Source: a virus
Lineage: Duplodnaviria; Caudoviricetes
Virus record (IMG/VR): IMGVR_UViG_3300022666_000010
Coordinates: 1-35,040 of that record
Length of the DNA stretch: 35,040 nucleotides
Direction: 5' to 3' (one strand)
Shown: in pieces, positions 1 through 9,072 of the stretch
Numbering within the stretch: position 1 is the first letter of the stretch
How the letters are laid out: every line of letters begins with the position of its first letter
The notes under the pieces: generated by a model
The model's input: the letters and a program-made list of their open reading frames with translations, nothing else
Told to the model about the DNA's origin: nothing
The model's database searches: none
Translations under genes and position numbers: made by a program

Positions 1-19
1 GCCGCTGGTTATCAGAGAG

Positions 20-280
20 GTGACGATGAATTATCGTGATGCAGCATGGGAGATATTAAAAGAACTCCGACGGGCGGAGGAAATTCACCCCGAATGGCCT
101 GCCGATCCGATCCACCAGGTCGCAATCATGGCGGAGGAGGCGGGGGAATCTATCAGAGCCGCACTCCGGGTGAGGTACGAGGGGGCGAGGATGGATGAAC
201 TGCGAACGGAGTTAATCCAGACCGGCGCGATGTGTATCCGGTGTCTGATAAACCTTAAACCAAAGCTAGAGGAAATATAA
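20..280 (+). CDS. Small helical phage protein, MazG-like/NTP pyrophosphohydrolase-like
   Basis: EEAGE...ELIQ acidic helix pattern; purine-rich RBS upstream; start could be ATG at 26. Confidence 0.5.
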   Translation: MTMNYRDAAWEILKELRRAEEIHPEWPADPIHQVAIMAEEAGESIRAALRVRYEGARMDELRTELIQTGAMCIRCLINLKPKLEEI

Positions 281-283
281 CCT

Positions 284-556
284 ATGAGCATAATTAATAA
301 TGGCGGTGCAGCGTTCCCTAGCGAACAGGGGCACACACCTGATGGCACATGGAATCAGACTTACGAATCAGGTATGTCACTACGGGACTATTTCGCAGCG
401 GCAGCGTTGCAAGGCATGGCAGCGTCCGAATATTGGTCAAGAAACTTCGATACTAACCCGAGGACACTATTGATTAATGCGGCAGAAGTGGCATATGCAG
501 CAGCCGACGCAATGCTGAAAACTAGGAGGAACGTTGAAGATGAGCGCATTAAATGA
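284..556 (+). CDS. Conserved phage hypothetical protein
   Basis: GGAAFP...GMSLRDYFAAAALQG...AYAAADAML motif, common in phage early regions. Confidence 0.7.
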   Translation: MSIINNGGAAFPSEQGHTPDGTWNQTYESGMSLRDYFAAAALQGMAASEYWSRNFDTNPRTLLINAAEVAYAAADAMLKTRRNVEDERIK

Positions 557-779
557 GCAACATGGCGGAGATCATTATAAGAAATTGGGGATGTATCAAC
601 CGTGGCTCGTCCTGTCGAAATGGCTCACCCCGGAGGAACTGAAGGGGGCCGTTAAAAAGGACGTGATATCGTACCTCGCCCGCGAAGCCGACAAGGGAGG
701 GCGGATGGATATCGAGAAGGCGTTGCACACGTTACAAATTTACCTTGAACTGACGGAGGATGCCGATGTTGATATGTGA
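540..779 (+). CDS. DUF3310/SaV-like phage protein
   Basis: GGDHY...KGGRMDIEKALH pattern; AGGAGG upstream of ATG 540. Confidence 0.65.
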   Translation: MSALNEQHGGDHYKKLGMYQPWLVLSKWLTPEELKGAVKKDVISYLAREADKGGRMDIEKALHTLQIYLELTEDADVDM

Positions 780-942
780 CCACGCAAGCCCGGAATGTCC
801 CGCAGGATGCCCCTGCGTTGCCCCTCATCCGTACTCCTTTATCATCTATGGTACGACACGGTGTATCGAGTCTGAGATGTGCCCACATGTGTTGCAAATC
901 GTTAGGTGTGTGGAGGTGGAAATCAATGATGAATTATCATGA
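766..942 (+). CDS. Cys-rich hypothetical microprotein
   Basis: GGAGG at 755-759; multiple Cys; overlaps both neighbours in operon style. Confidence 0.4.
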   Translation: MLICDHASPECPAGCPCVAPHPYSFIIYGTTRCIESEMCPHVLQIVRCVEVEINDELS

Positions 943-2311
943 CTTTTTGAAATGCAAACAAATTGTTACCGATCCAACTGGTTTTGAGATAAACGGTGGA
1001 GAATTGCCAGACAATCTGTATGGATTTCAACGGGATCTGGTGACATGGGCATGCGCGAGAGGTAAATCCGCGCTATTTACCATGACCGGAACGGGCAAAA
1101 CAGCAATGCAAGTTTCGTGGGCTGATGCAGTATGCCGTGAAACTGGTGGCACTGTTTTGATATTGGCGCCATTGGCTGTCGCAAAACAGACCGTTCATGA
1201 GTCTAAGAAATTCGGAATCAGCATAAAATATGTTCGAGACTGGTCTGAAGTGAATCGTGGCGTCAATATTACCAATTACGACATGCTGCATCATTTTGAC
1301 AACGTGAAGATTGATGGGATCGTTTTAGATGAGTCATCGATATTGAAATCGTTTTCAGGCAAAATCCGCAATGCAATAATAGATCGTTCGCAAGGTATCC
1401 CTTTCAGGCTAGCATGTACTGCAACGCCAGCTCCGAATGACTATATGGAGCTAGGAAACCACGCTGAATTTCTAGGTGTAATGAGTTACAACGAAATGCT
1501 GGCCACGTTCTTTGTTCACGATGGTGGAGAAACAAGCAAGTGGAGATTGAAAGGTCATGCTGAGGATAGTTTCTGGAAGTGGATGGCGTCGTGGGGATGC
1601 TTTCTAAATAAGCCATCAGATCTCGGATATTCAGATGATGGGTTTTCTTTGCCTCCACTGATTGATCATCAGCATATTGTGAACTCTTGCCCGACTGAAG
1701 GGGCATTGTTTGCTTTTGAAGCTAAAGGACTGATGGAACGTCAACAGGCTAGACGTGCATCACTCGATAAACGAGTGGCAAAGTGCGCCGATGTAGTCAA
1801 CGGTAGCGACAAGCCTTTCCTCGTATGGTGCGATCTCAATGCAGAAGCTGATGCACTTAAGAGATTAATACCTGGCTCTTTGGAAATACGTGGAACCGAC
1901 AAACCAGAATGGAAAGAATCATTAATGCTAGACTTCGCTGATGGAAATATTCCTGTCTTAATCACTAAACCGGAAATAGCCGGATGGGGCATGAACTGGC
2001 AGGTATGTAGCAACACTGCATTTGTAGGGCTATCTGATTCTTTCGAAATGATGTTTCAAGCGACAAAACGATTCCATCGCCACGGCCAGAAAAACGCCGT
2101 CAACCGTCACATTATTATCAGCGAAGCAGAGGGTAGCGTCTTGCAGAATATTATGCGTAAGGAGGCTGATTTCATGCGGATGATCGGTGAAATGGTGGAG
2201 CATACCAAGTCGATTTTTAGCGGCAACATTGGGAAACTTGCGCGAATGCAAGATAGTTACGATGCAAATACTAAGATTATTATGCCGACATGGATGGGAG
2301 GATCGAAATGA
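926..2311 (+). CDS. SNF2-like superfamily 2 helicase/ATPase
   Basis: Walker A TGTGKT, LDESS, TATP, motif VI QATKRFHRHGQ; GGAGGT RBS before ATG 926 (the ORF-track start at 776 is probably too early). Confidence 0.85.
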   Translation: MMNYHDFLKCKQIVTDPTGFEINGGELPDNLYGFQRDLVTWACARGKSALFTMTGTGKTAMQVSWADAVCRETGGTVLILAPLAVAKQTVHESKKFGISIKYVRDWSEVNRGVNITNYDMLHHFDNVKIDGIVLDESSILKSFSGKIRNAIIDRSQGIPFRLACTATPAPNDYMELGNHAEFLGVMSYNEMLATFFVHDGGETSKWRLKGHAEDSFWKWMASWGCFLNKPSDLGYSDDGFSLPPLIDHQHIVNSCPTEGALFAFEAKGLMERQQARRASLDKRVAKCADVVNGSDKPFLVWCDLNAEADALKRLIPGSLEIRGTDKPEWKESLMLDFADGNIPVLITKPEIAGWGMNWQVCSNTAFVGLSDSFEMMFQATKRFHRHGQKNAVNRHIIISEAEGSVLQNIMRKEADFMRMIGEMVEHTKSIFSGNIGKLARMQDSYDANTKIIMPTWMGGSK

Positions 2312-3255
2312 TAAAAGACCAGTACATATCTGAAAAAGCTGCATTGTATTGCGGGGACTGTATAGAAGTGGCACGGAACATTCCAGATAATAGCATCCAT
2401 TTCTCTGTATCTAGTATTCCGTTTGCTAGTCTTTACACTTACTCTAATAGCGAACGAGATATGGGCAATTGTCGCAACTATAATGAGTTTGCCGAACATT
2501 TTTCCTACATGTTAAGTCATTGGCATCGGATAACCATGCCGGGGCGTCTGGTATCCATCCATTGCATGAACCTTCCAACAACGATACAGCATCATGGATA
2601 CATAGGTATACAGGATTTCAGGGGCGATATAATCCGGTGGATGCAGGACGCAGGATTTATATATCACAGTGAGGTTGTTATCTGGAAAGACCCTGTAACA
2701 GCCATGCAGCGCACGAAGGCGCTAGGACTGCTATATAAGCAGATAAAAAAGAACTCTTGCATGTCACGGCAAGGGATACCTGATTATCTTGTATCATTCC
2801 GAAAGCCAGGGGACAACCCTGAACCCGTAACACACACTGACAATAATTTTCCAGTTGCACTATGGCAGCAATATGCATCCCCGGTATGGATGGATATAAA
2901 CCCATCAAATACATTGCAGAAAAATTCTGCACGAGAAGATAAAGATGAACGCCACATTTGCCCGCTACAACTCGAGGTTATAGAGAGATCTATAGATTTA
3001 TGGAGCAATCCTGGCGACGTTATATACGATCCGTTTGGTGGCATAGGATCTACAGGATACGTTGCACTGAAAAGAGGCCGCAGAACTGTAATGAGTGAGT
3101 TGAAAGACAGCTATTACCGGCAGATGGTTTTGAATTGCAAATCTGTAGAAAACTATTCAGGAGACATGCCGCTATTTTGTGACACAATCACAGAAATAGA
3201 AACTCCAGAAAATACCAATAATGCTGACCATAAAGAAGAATGGAGTACTCAATGA
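2308..3255 (+). CDS. DNA N4/N6 methyltransferase, beta class
   Basis: N-terminal GDC and motif IV variant SIPF, ERHICPLQ, C-terminal motif I YDPFGGIGS; ATGA overlap with the helicase stop. Confidence 0.85.
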   Translation: MIKDQYISEKAALYCGDCIEVARNIPDNSIHFSVSSIPFASLYTYSNSERDMGNCRNYNEFAEHFSYMLSHWHRITMPGRLVSIHCMNLPTTIQHHGYIGIQDFRGDIIRWMQDAGFIYHSEVVIWKDPVTAMQRTKALGLLYKQIKKNSCMSRQGIPDYLVSFRKPGDNPEPVTHTDNNFPVALWQQYASPVWMDINPSNTLQKNSAREDKDERHICPLQLEVIERSIDLWSNPGDVIYDPFGGIGSTGYVALKRGRRTVMSELKDSYYRQMVLNCKSVENYSGDMPLFCDTITEIETPENTNNADHKEEWSTQ

Positions 3256-3680
3256 AATTCTTCGTCAAGGGCACGCCGGTCCCGAAAGGATCGGCGAAAG
3301 CCTTCTACAACAAACACCTGGGCCGCGCTCAGGTCGTGCAGGACAACGCCGAGAGGCAGAAGCCGTGGGCCTCAGCTATCCACTACACGGCACAGCAGGC
3401 CGGGTGCCGTCCGATACATGGCGCGGTAAGGGTTGAATTGGCATTTCATATGCCGCGCCTCAAAGGCCATTTCCGGGCGAATGGGGATGTGAAAGGAAAC
3501 GCCCCTGTCCACCACACGAAGAAGCCGGATAGTGACAAATTAACGCGCTGTGTTTTCGACGCACTGACCGGCGTGGCCTGGCTGGACGACTCGCAAGTGG
3601 CGGATTATTCGATGCGGAAATTTTACAGCGATACTCCAGGGGTTGAGATCGAAGTGGTTGAATTAGCGGAGAAATGGTAA
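3252..3680 (+). CDS. rusA: RusA-family Holliday junction resolvase
   Basis: G.PVPKGS N-terminus, KPDSDKLTR and WLDDSQV catalytic motifs. Confidence 0.9.
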   Translation: MKFFVKGTPVPKGSAKAFYNKHLGRAQVVQDNAERQKPWASAIHYTAQQAGCRPIHGAVRVELAFHMPRLKGHFRANGDVKGNAPVHHTKKPDSDKLTRCVFDALTGVAWLDDSQVADYSMRKFYSDTPGVEIEVVELAEKW

Positions 3681-3737
3681 TGGATTCGGAACAGTGGCTT
3701 GCGGAAAATACCGAAATCGCCAATGGAGCATTAGAAA

Positions 3738-3785
3738 GATAACGGTTTAAGCGCACCCGCTCGTCGGGTGCCGCGTCTGGTTATC
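3738..3785. repeat. Imperfect palindrome with attC-like ends
   Basis: GATAAC (3738-3743) and GTTATC (3780-3785) enclose the stem GCACCCG-ctcgt-CGGGTGC (3753-3771). Confidence 0.55.
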
Positions 3786-3801
3786 GGTAGGGGGTGTAGC
3801 G

Positions 3802-3993
3802 ATGCAACACTTTACCCGAAACACAACGCAGGTCCTCCATTTCTGTCCGACCTGCAACAGACAGACCATGCACAGGGTCGATGACCGCAGACTTGGCCCA
3901 TGCCTTGAACACGGAACGGATGGGCGGAGCAAGAAGCAGATCCAGGATGACGAGAAGCGGGAAGAGGAACGGAAGCAGGGGAAGCTGTTTTAA
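3802..3993 (+). CDS. Small zinc-ribbon-like protein
   Basis: CPTC...H...C..H; AGGGGG RBS. Confidence 0.6.
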   Translation: MQHFTRNTTQVLHFCPTCNRQTMHRVDDRRLGPCLEHGTDGRSKKQIQDDEKREEERKQGKLF

Positions 3994-4004
3994 GCGGAGG
4001 GAAT

Positions 4005-4256
4005 ATGACACCGGAAGAGTGGCTAGGAATAACTGAAGGTTTATATCGGTATTCAAGTACAGGAGAAGCAAAACTCTTCGCTGAGGGTGCCGCCATCATC
4101 CGCGCCCTCCTCGCGGAGAGAGAGGAGATACAGGAAGCTATCAAACAAGACTCCCCGCTTCGGCTGGCGGCGACGGGTGACATGGAATGTGCGGCTGATT
4201 ATGAGGCTAAGTTGGTGGTGGCGATAAGGGAGAGGAAGGGAAATGGCGTGTCCTAA
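4005..4256 (+). CDS. Hypothetical protein
   Basis: GGAGG RBS; fits tight operon spacing. Confidence 0.55.
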   Translation: MTPEEWLGITEGLYRYSSTGEAKLFAEGAAIIRALLAEREEIQEAIKQDSPLRLAATGDMECAADYEAKLVVAIRERKGNGVS

Positions 4257-4404
4257 ATGCGGGTGCAGGGTAACTTACTGCTGCAACGATGATGATATGG
4301 GCCTTGATGAGTACGACATGGAGCGGTGTTCAGCGTGTGGGACCGTCTTTTACCTGATGGATGCTGCTGATGAAGACGACGAGTATGAATACGAGGTCTA
4401 CTAA
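4243..4404 (+). CDS. 53-aa acidic zinc-ribbon microprotein (not in ORF track)
   Basis: Hand translation MACPKCGCRVTYCCNDDD...RCSACGTVFYLMDAADEDDEYEYEVY*; two CxxC; TAATG overlap with next gene. Confidence 0.65.
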   Translation: MACPKCGCRVTYCCNDDDMGLDEYDMERCSACGTVFYLMDAADEDDEYEYEVY

Positions 4405-4595
4405 TGGCCGCGCCTAGCGCATCCCGTCCCGACCGTTGCCATATATGCGGCAAACCCGCCTGTCAGGGAGATTGCCCCAAGTGTCAGAAAAGGAAGGAGT
4501 CCGAGTGCGACAGGGGCTTTTACCTGCCCTCCGTCATCAGCAGCGGAGATGGATTTATCAAGTGGGGATGGGTGTGCGGGGAGTGTTGGAAATAG
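4404..4595 (+). CDS. Cys-rich hypothetical protein
   Basis: CHIC, CPKC and CGEC motifs; coupled to the upstream stop. Confidence 0.55.
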   Translation: MAAPSASRPDRCHICGKPACQGDCPKCQKRKESECDRGFYLPSVISSGDGFIKWGWVCGECWK

Positions 4596-4616
4596 GAAGT
4601 AAATAGCGGGGAAATT

Positions 4617-5375
4617 ATGATTTCGTCTAAAGGCCGAATGATCCGCAAAGACATCAGCCGATCTCAAAAAATAGCCTCCTTGTCGAAAGAGGCGACTGTC
4701 CTGTTCGTGATGTTAATTCCCCACTTCTCAAGTTTTGGGAAGATGAACGGGTCGCCGTACTTTGTCAAGGGCGAGGTTGTCCCTCTCCTGGAATGGTTCA
4801 CGATCCCACTTGTGGAAAGGTGTCTGAAGGAAATAAGTGAAAAAACAAATGTGAAATGGTTCACGGTTGGCGGATTATGGTACTTGCACAGTGTGAATTG
4901 GGAAGAACATCAAGAAATCCGCAAAGATAGAGTTGGAAAAGACGATCTGCCGGACTACTCCGGGACTACTCCGGGACTACTCCGGCATGAAGTAGAAGTA
5001 GAAGTAGAAGTAGAAGTAGAAGTTCAAGTAGAAGGTCAAGTTCAGAAACGTGTCGCGAATGAATCGCGACCAACTCCGAAAAAGAGGGCCACGCAATTAT
5101 CCGATGAGGAATGGATGAAAAGCCTCAAATCAAACCCGGCCTATCAGGGAATCGACATCGAGGTACTGAAAGCGAAGATGGAAGCGTGGTGTGACCTGAA
5201 GGGCAAGAGGCCGACCAGGGCGAGGTTGCTGAACTGGCTTAACCGCGAAGATAGGCCGCTGTCTTCAGAAGGAAAGCCGGTAATCCAGGCATCAAGAGGA
5301 GCCGCGGGAGGGTTGGCACGGGTCGAGGAATTGCGCCGGCAACGGTTGGAAAAGGAGGCCGCTGAAAATGTTTGA
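4617..5375 (+). CDS. Phage replication initiator (lambda O/DnaD-like organisation)
   Basis: N-terminal R.I...S.K...LS..A..LF domain, central repeat/low-complexity linker, C-terminal LNWLNR helix; lies before a loader-like gene. Confidence 0.75.
   Translation: MISSKGRMIRKDISRSQKIASLSKEATVLFVMLIPHFSSFGKMNGSPYFVKGEVVPLLEWFTIPLVERCLKEISEKTNVKWFTVGGLWYLHSVNWEEHQEIRKDRVGKDDLPDYSGTTPGLLRHEVEVEVEVEVEVQVEGQVQKRVANESRPTPKKRATQLSDEEWMKSLKSNPAYQGIDIEVLKAKMEAWCDLKGKRPTRARLLNWLNREDRPLSSEGKPVIQASRGAAGGLARVEELRRQRLEKEAAENV
4950..5070. repeat. Putative replication origin: iterons, strand-biased hexamer run and palindrome
   Basis: About 3.4 copies of CCGGGACTACT (4950-4985); (GAAGTA)x5 plus degenerate copies (4989-5042); GTCGCGA-N5-TCGCGAC (5052-5070). 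Confidence 0.7.
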
Positions 5376-5946
5376 CCACATAAACGACGAGCGGTTCATT
5401 TTCGTGATGGCAGCATTGTCCGAGGCATACGGGCAAGAGACGAACCCGTTCAAGGAAAAGATTTATGCCAAGGCACTTGATGACATCCCTATCGAGCAGA
5501 TTGAAGCCGCAGCGTGGGAAATCATCAGGACGCGAACCCTGTCCAGTTTCCCGAAGGCCAGCGAGATCCGCGAGTACCTGGGCGGGGGCAAGGCCGAGGA
5601 TAAAGCCATCCTCGCTCTGGATACCCTGGAAAAGGCCATGTCATCCGTGGGCCAGTATCGAAGCGTCGTGTTCAGCGACCCGGTTATCATGGCCGCCGTC
5701 TACTCGATGGGCGGTTGGGTGAAGCTGTGCAGCATGGAAGCGGAAGAGTGGAAGTGGGCGAGGAAGGACTTCGAAAAAATCTACCGGGCTTTCATCTCGC
5801 AGGACAAGGCGAAGCTGCAAATCCCTGAGCATCTGGCAGGTTTCGCTGAGGCGACGAACAGCGCCAGAGGTCTGAATGTGGCCCCGGAGATCGCCTACGT
5901 CGGGGAGAGCAAGGTCCCGCTGCTCGGTACGGCAGGCGGACAATGA
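5368..5946 (+). CDS. DUF6475-like protein, putative helicase loader/inhibitor
   Basis: FPKASEIR and VG.YRSVVFSDPVI...MGGW motifs; directly after the initiator. Confidence 0.65.
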   Translation: MFDHINDERFIFVMAALSEAYGQETNPFKEKIYAKALDDIPIEQIEAAAWEIIRTRTLSSFPKASEIREYLGGGKAEDKAILALDTLEKAMSSVGQYRSVVFSDPVIMAAVYSMGGWVKLCSMEAEEWKWARKDFEKIYRAFISQDKAKLQIPEHLAGFAEATNSARGLNVAPEIAYVGESKVPLLGTAGGQ

Positions 5947-6296
5947 AGCGCCCACCGAGACCATGCCCGCGATGCGGCCGACTGCACAGCGAGAAGCAAT
6001 GCCCGTACTGCCCACCACCGAAGGCATGGCAGAAGAACAACGAACCGACGCGGATGCGAGGCCGGAAGCTGCAGCGGGAACGGGAGCGTCTGTTCAGAGA
6101 TAACCCACTTTGCGTCGAATGTGAGAAGCGCGGTATCATCAGGGTTGCGACGCAGAGGCATCACATCGTACCGCTTGCCGAGGGCGGACTTGATGTGCCG
6201 AGCAATACGCAAGGGCTTTGCGATGAGTGCCACAAGGCGAAGGTTGCAGAGGAGAGCAGGCGAGGGAAGGCTAGGGCGAGGACCGAAAATGAATAA
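5943..6296 (+). CDS. HNH endonuclease (HK97 gp74-like terminase partner)
   Basis: PLCVEC...HHIVPLAEGG...NTQGLCDECH; upstream of terS. Confidence 0.9.
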   Translation: MKRPPRPCPRCGRLHSEKQCPYCPPPKAWQKNNEPTRMRGRKLQRERERLFRDNPLCVECEKRGIIRVATQRHHIVPLAEGGLDVPSNTQGLCDECHKAKVAEESRRGKARARTENE

Positions 6297-6771
6297 AAAG
6301 ACTATGAAAGCTGTTTATGGAAAGGTAGCGTTGACCAGAGCCTATTGTGTAAAATGCCAATGTTATGCCTTTGTCTTAGATGGCAAACTGGCTTGTTGTA
6401 ATACTCCAATCACAAAACCAGAGACAGATATAGTCAAAAAGATGCTGCAAGGGAGTTTGCGTAGAGAACTATTAAGTCCAAACGAAAAGCGAAAGCTACT
6501 GGAAATGCAAAAACACAAATGCTTTTACTGTGATTGCGATTTAAACAGTTCCTGGTATATGGGCGGTCGCATGAAGGTGCCAAGAAAAATAACAATACAG
6601 TACGACCATGTAGTTCCTTGGGTATTTTCCAATAACGATGATTTGGACAATTTTGTAGCAGCGTGTAATGTCTGTAATATGATTAAAAAGGACAGGATAT
6701 TCCCGACCATTGATAAACTGAGAGAATGGATATTGTGGAAGAGGGAGGATATGAATTATGAAATATTGTGA
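6289..6771 (+). CDS. Second HNH endonuclease, AT-rich
   Basis: CFYC...DHVVP...NFVAACNVCNMIK; visibly lower GC than flanks; start at ATG 6289. Confidence 0.85.
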   Translation: MNKKTMKAVYGKVALTRAYCVKCQCYAFVLDGKLACCNTPITKPETDIVKKMLQGSLRRELLSPNEKRKLLEMQKHKCFYCDCDLNSSWYMGGRMKVPRKITIQYDHVVPWVFSNNDDLDNFVAACNVCNMIKKDRIFPTIDKLREWILWKREDMNYEIL

Positions 6772-6918
6772 AGGGCGGGAGAGTTGTGCGGGACAGCTAC
6801 CATTATTTAATAATATCAAACACATACCAGGGGCACCCTTATTCTTACCAACTTGTTGACCGGAAACCGGCGGGGTGCCCATTTTCTCACATGTCCATAA
6901 CTTTTTAAGGAGTAGCTC

Positions 6919-7377
6919 ATGGCACGACCAAGAAAACCAACGGAATTAAAATTGCTTAAAGGGACTGCGCGGCCATGCCGCATGAACCCCGACGAGCCGG
7001 ATCAATCTTCCGGCCTACCTGTCGCACCATCCCATCTCGGAACCATAGCCAGGGAGCATTTCGATATTCTGGTCAAACGGATTGACGATATGGGCTATGC
7101 GTCAGACTCGTTTACCGAGGTGCTGGCCCTCGCGTCGGAGGCGTTCGAAACTTGGCAGTTATGCAACGCTGTTATCGCCGAGATCGGGATGGTCGGACTC
7201 ATCCCCAACAGTTACGGCGATATCGTTCGGAAGGAAAACCCGGAGGTGGCGATCCGTCAAAAGGCGTGGCAGACATATCGAATGTGCCTCGTTGAAATGG
7301 GCTTGACTCCAGCAAGCAAATCAAAAGTATCCGCCAAGAAAAAAGAACCCGAAAAGAAAGGGAAATGGGCGCTATGA
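6919..7377 (+). CDS. terS: Terminase small subunit, P27 family
   Basis: RPRKPTELKLLKG, KENPEV and MGLTPASKSK motifs; AAGGAG RBS. Confidence 0.92.
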   Translation: MARPRKPTELKLLKGTARPCRMNPDEPDQSSGLPVAPSHLGTIAREHFDILVKRIDDMGYASDSFTEVLALASEAFETWQLCNAVIAEIGMVGLIPNSYGDIVRKENPEVAIRQKAWQTYRMCLVEMGLTPASKSKVSAKKKEPEKKGKWAL

Positions 7378-9062
7378 CCCACACCCAAGCCGCAAACACT
7401 TATATCAAGCGCGTCCTGTCCGGCAAGATCCCATCCTGCAAGTGGGTAAAGCTAGCCTGCCAGCGCCAGAAAAACGACCTGGAAGCCAGTAAGAACAAGG
7501 CGTACCCCTTCACATTCAGCAAGGAGAAAGCCGAACGGGTGTGCAAATTCATCGAGAATCTGCCGCATACTAAGGGCGTTTGGGCGCAGCGGGGTGAGTT
7601 GATCCGCCTTAAGGACTGGCAATGCTTCATTTACACGACGCTGTACGGGTGGGTGAAGAGATCGGACGGCAACCGGCGCTTTCGTGAGGCTTATATTGAA
7701 GTCCCACGCAAAAACGGAAAATCGATACTCGGCGCCGGGACTGGCAACTACATGCTCGCCGCTGATGGTGAATATGGCGCGGAGGTCTACTCCGGAGCCA
7801 GCACCGAAAAACAGGCATGGGAAGTATTCCGCCCGGCAAAGCTGATGGTTGAGCGTGACGAAGAAATGAAAGCGCACTTCGGCATCCAGGTAAACGCAAA
7901 GACGCTGAACATACCCGCCGACATGAGCCGGTTTGAGCCGGTGATAGGCAAACCCGGCGACGGCGCCTCCCCCTCCTGCGCGATAATCGACGAATTCCAC
8001 GAGCACGACACGGACGATCTCTACTCCACGATGAAGACCGGCATGGGCGCACGGTCGCAGCCAATGGCCTTCATCATCACCACGGCGGGGACGAATCTCG
8101 CCGGGCCATGCTACGCCATGCGGAGCGACGTGATAAAGGTGCTGGAAGGCTCCTACGATGCGCCGGACGTGTTCGGCATCATCTACACCCTGGATGACGA
8201 AGACGATTGGACCACCGAGGCCGCGCTCAGGAAGGCAAACCCGAATTACGGCGTGTCCGTTTCCGCCGAATTCCTCCTCTCGGAACAGCGCAAGGCGATC
8301 CAGTCGGCGCACCTCCAGAACAATTTCAAAACGAAGCACCTCAATATCTGGTGTTCGGCCAAGTCGGCGTTCTTCAACCTGCAGGATCTGGCGCGATGTG
8401 CGGATCTGAACCTGGCCGATACGGACTTCGAAGGCGAGGAGTGCATCATCGGCCTGGACCTCGCCAGTAAGATTGACATCGCGGCAAAGGCGAAGCTGTT
8501 CCACCGGGACGGCCACTATTATGCCTTCACCAGCTTATACATCCCGGAGGATACCGCAAACGACCCGGCAAACAAGATGTATCTGGCCTGGGCGCATGAC
8601 GGACGCCTGACGCTTACACCCGGCAGCATGATTGACTATGATTTCATCGAGGGCGATCTGCGGGATGACGCCAAGCGGCACCAGGTAAAGGAAGTCCCGT
8701 TTGACCCTTGGAACGCCACGCAACTGGCCGGGCGGATGCTGAACGAAAATATCCCGATGGTTGAATACCGGATGACGGTGCAGAACTTTTCCGAGCCGAT
8801 GAAACGCCTGGAGGCGCTCATCAAGGCCGGGCGGTTCCATTACAACGGCTGCCCGGTCCTGACCTGGATGTTTTCGAACGTAGTGGCGAAACTCGATAAC
8901 AAAGACAACGTTTTTCCGTGCAAGGAAAATGAGAAGAACAAAATCGACGGCGTGATCGCGATACTGGCGGCGCTCGGTCGATGGGTTACGATGGTTGACG
9001 ATGGGGGCAGCGCCTACGAGGGCCTATCCCCTGATGAGATCCAGTCCAGGATGTGTTTTTAA
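7374..9062 (+). CDS. terL: Terminase large subunit
   Basis: VPRKNGKS Walker A, IIDEFH Walker B, ITTAG, GLDLA, KIDGVIA. Confidence 0.97.
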   Translation: MTHTQAANTYIKRVLSGKIPSCKWVKLACQRQKNDLEASKNKAYPFTFSKEKAERVCKFIENLPHTKGVWAQRGELIRLKDWQCFIYTTLYGWVKRSDGNRRFREAYIEVPRKNGKSILGAGTGNYMLAADGEYGAEVYSGASTEKQAWEVFRPAKLMVERDEEMKAHFGIQVNAKTLNIPADMSRFEPVIGKPGDGASPSCAIIDEFHEHDTDDLYSTMKTGMGARSQPMAFIITTAGTNLAGPCYAMRSDVIKVLEGSYDAPDVFGIIYTLDDEDDWTTEAALRKANPNYGVSVSAEFLLSEQRKAIQSAHLQNNFKTKHLNIWCSAKSAFFNLQDLARCADLNLADTDFEGEECIIGLDLASKIDIAAKAKLFHRDGHYYAFTSLYIPEDTANDPANKMYLAWAHDGRLTLTPGSMIDYDFIEGDLRDDAKRHQVKEVPFDPWNATQLAGRMLNENIPMVEYRMTVQNFSEPMKRLEALIKAGRFHYNGCPVLTWMFSNVVAKLDNKDNVFPCKENEKNKIDGVIAILAALGRWVTMVDDGGSAYEGLSPDEIQSRMCF

Positions 9063-9072
9063 GGAGGTGATA

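Noticed and set aside
776-925. ORF-track upstream extensions (helicase from 776; also 6121, 8995, 14243, 32160)
   Set aside because: They overlap upstream genes; RBS or stop-start coupling supports the later starts.
7452-8516. Long minus-strand ORF (354 aa) and similar antisense ORFs, e.g. 27467-28324 and 19874-20758
   Set aside because: Shadows of GC-rich + strand genes with clear motifs; no recognisable domains.
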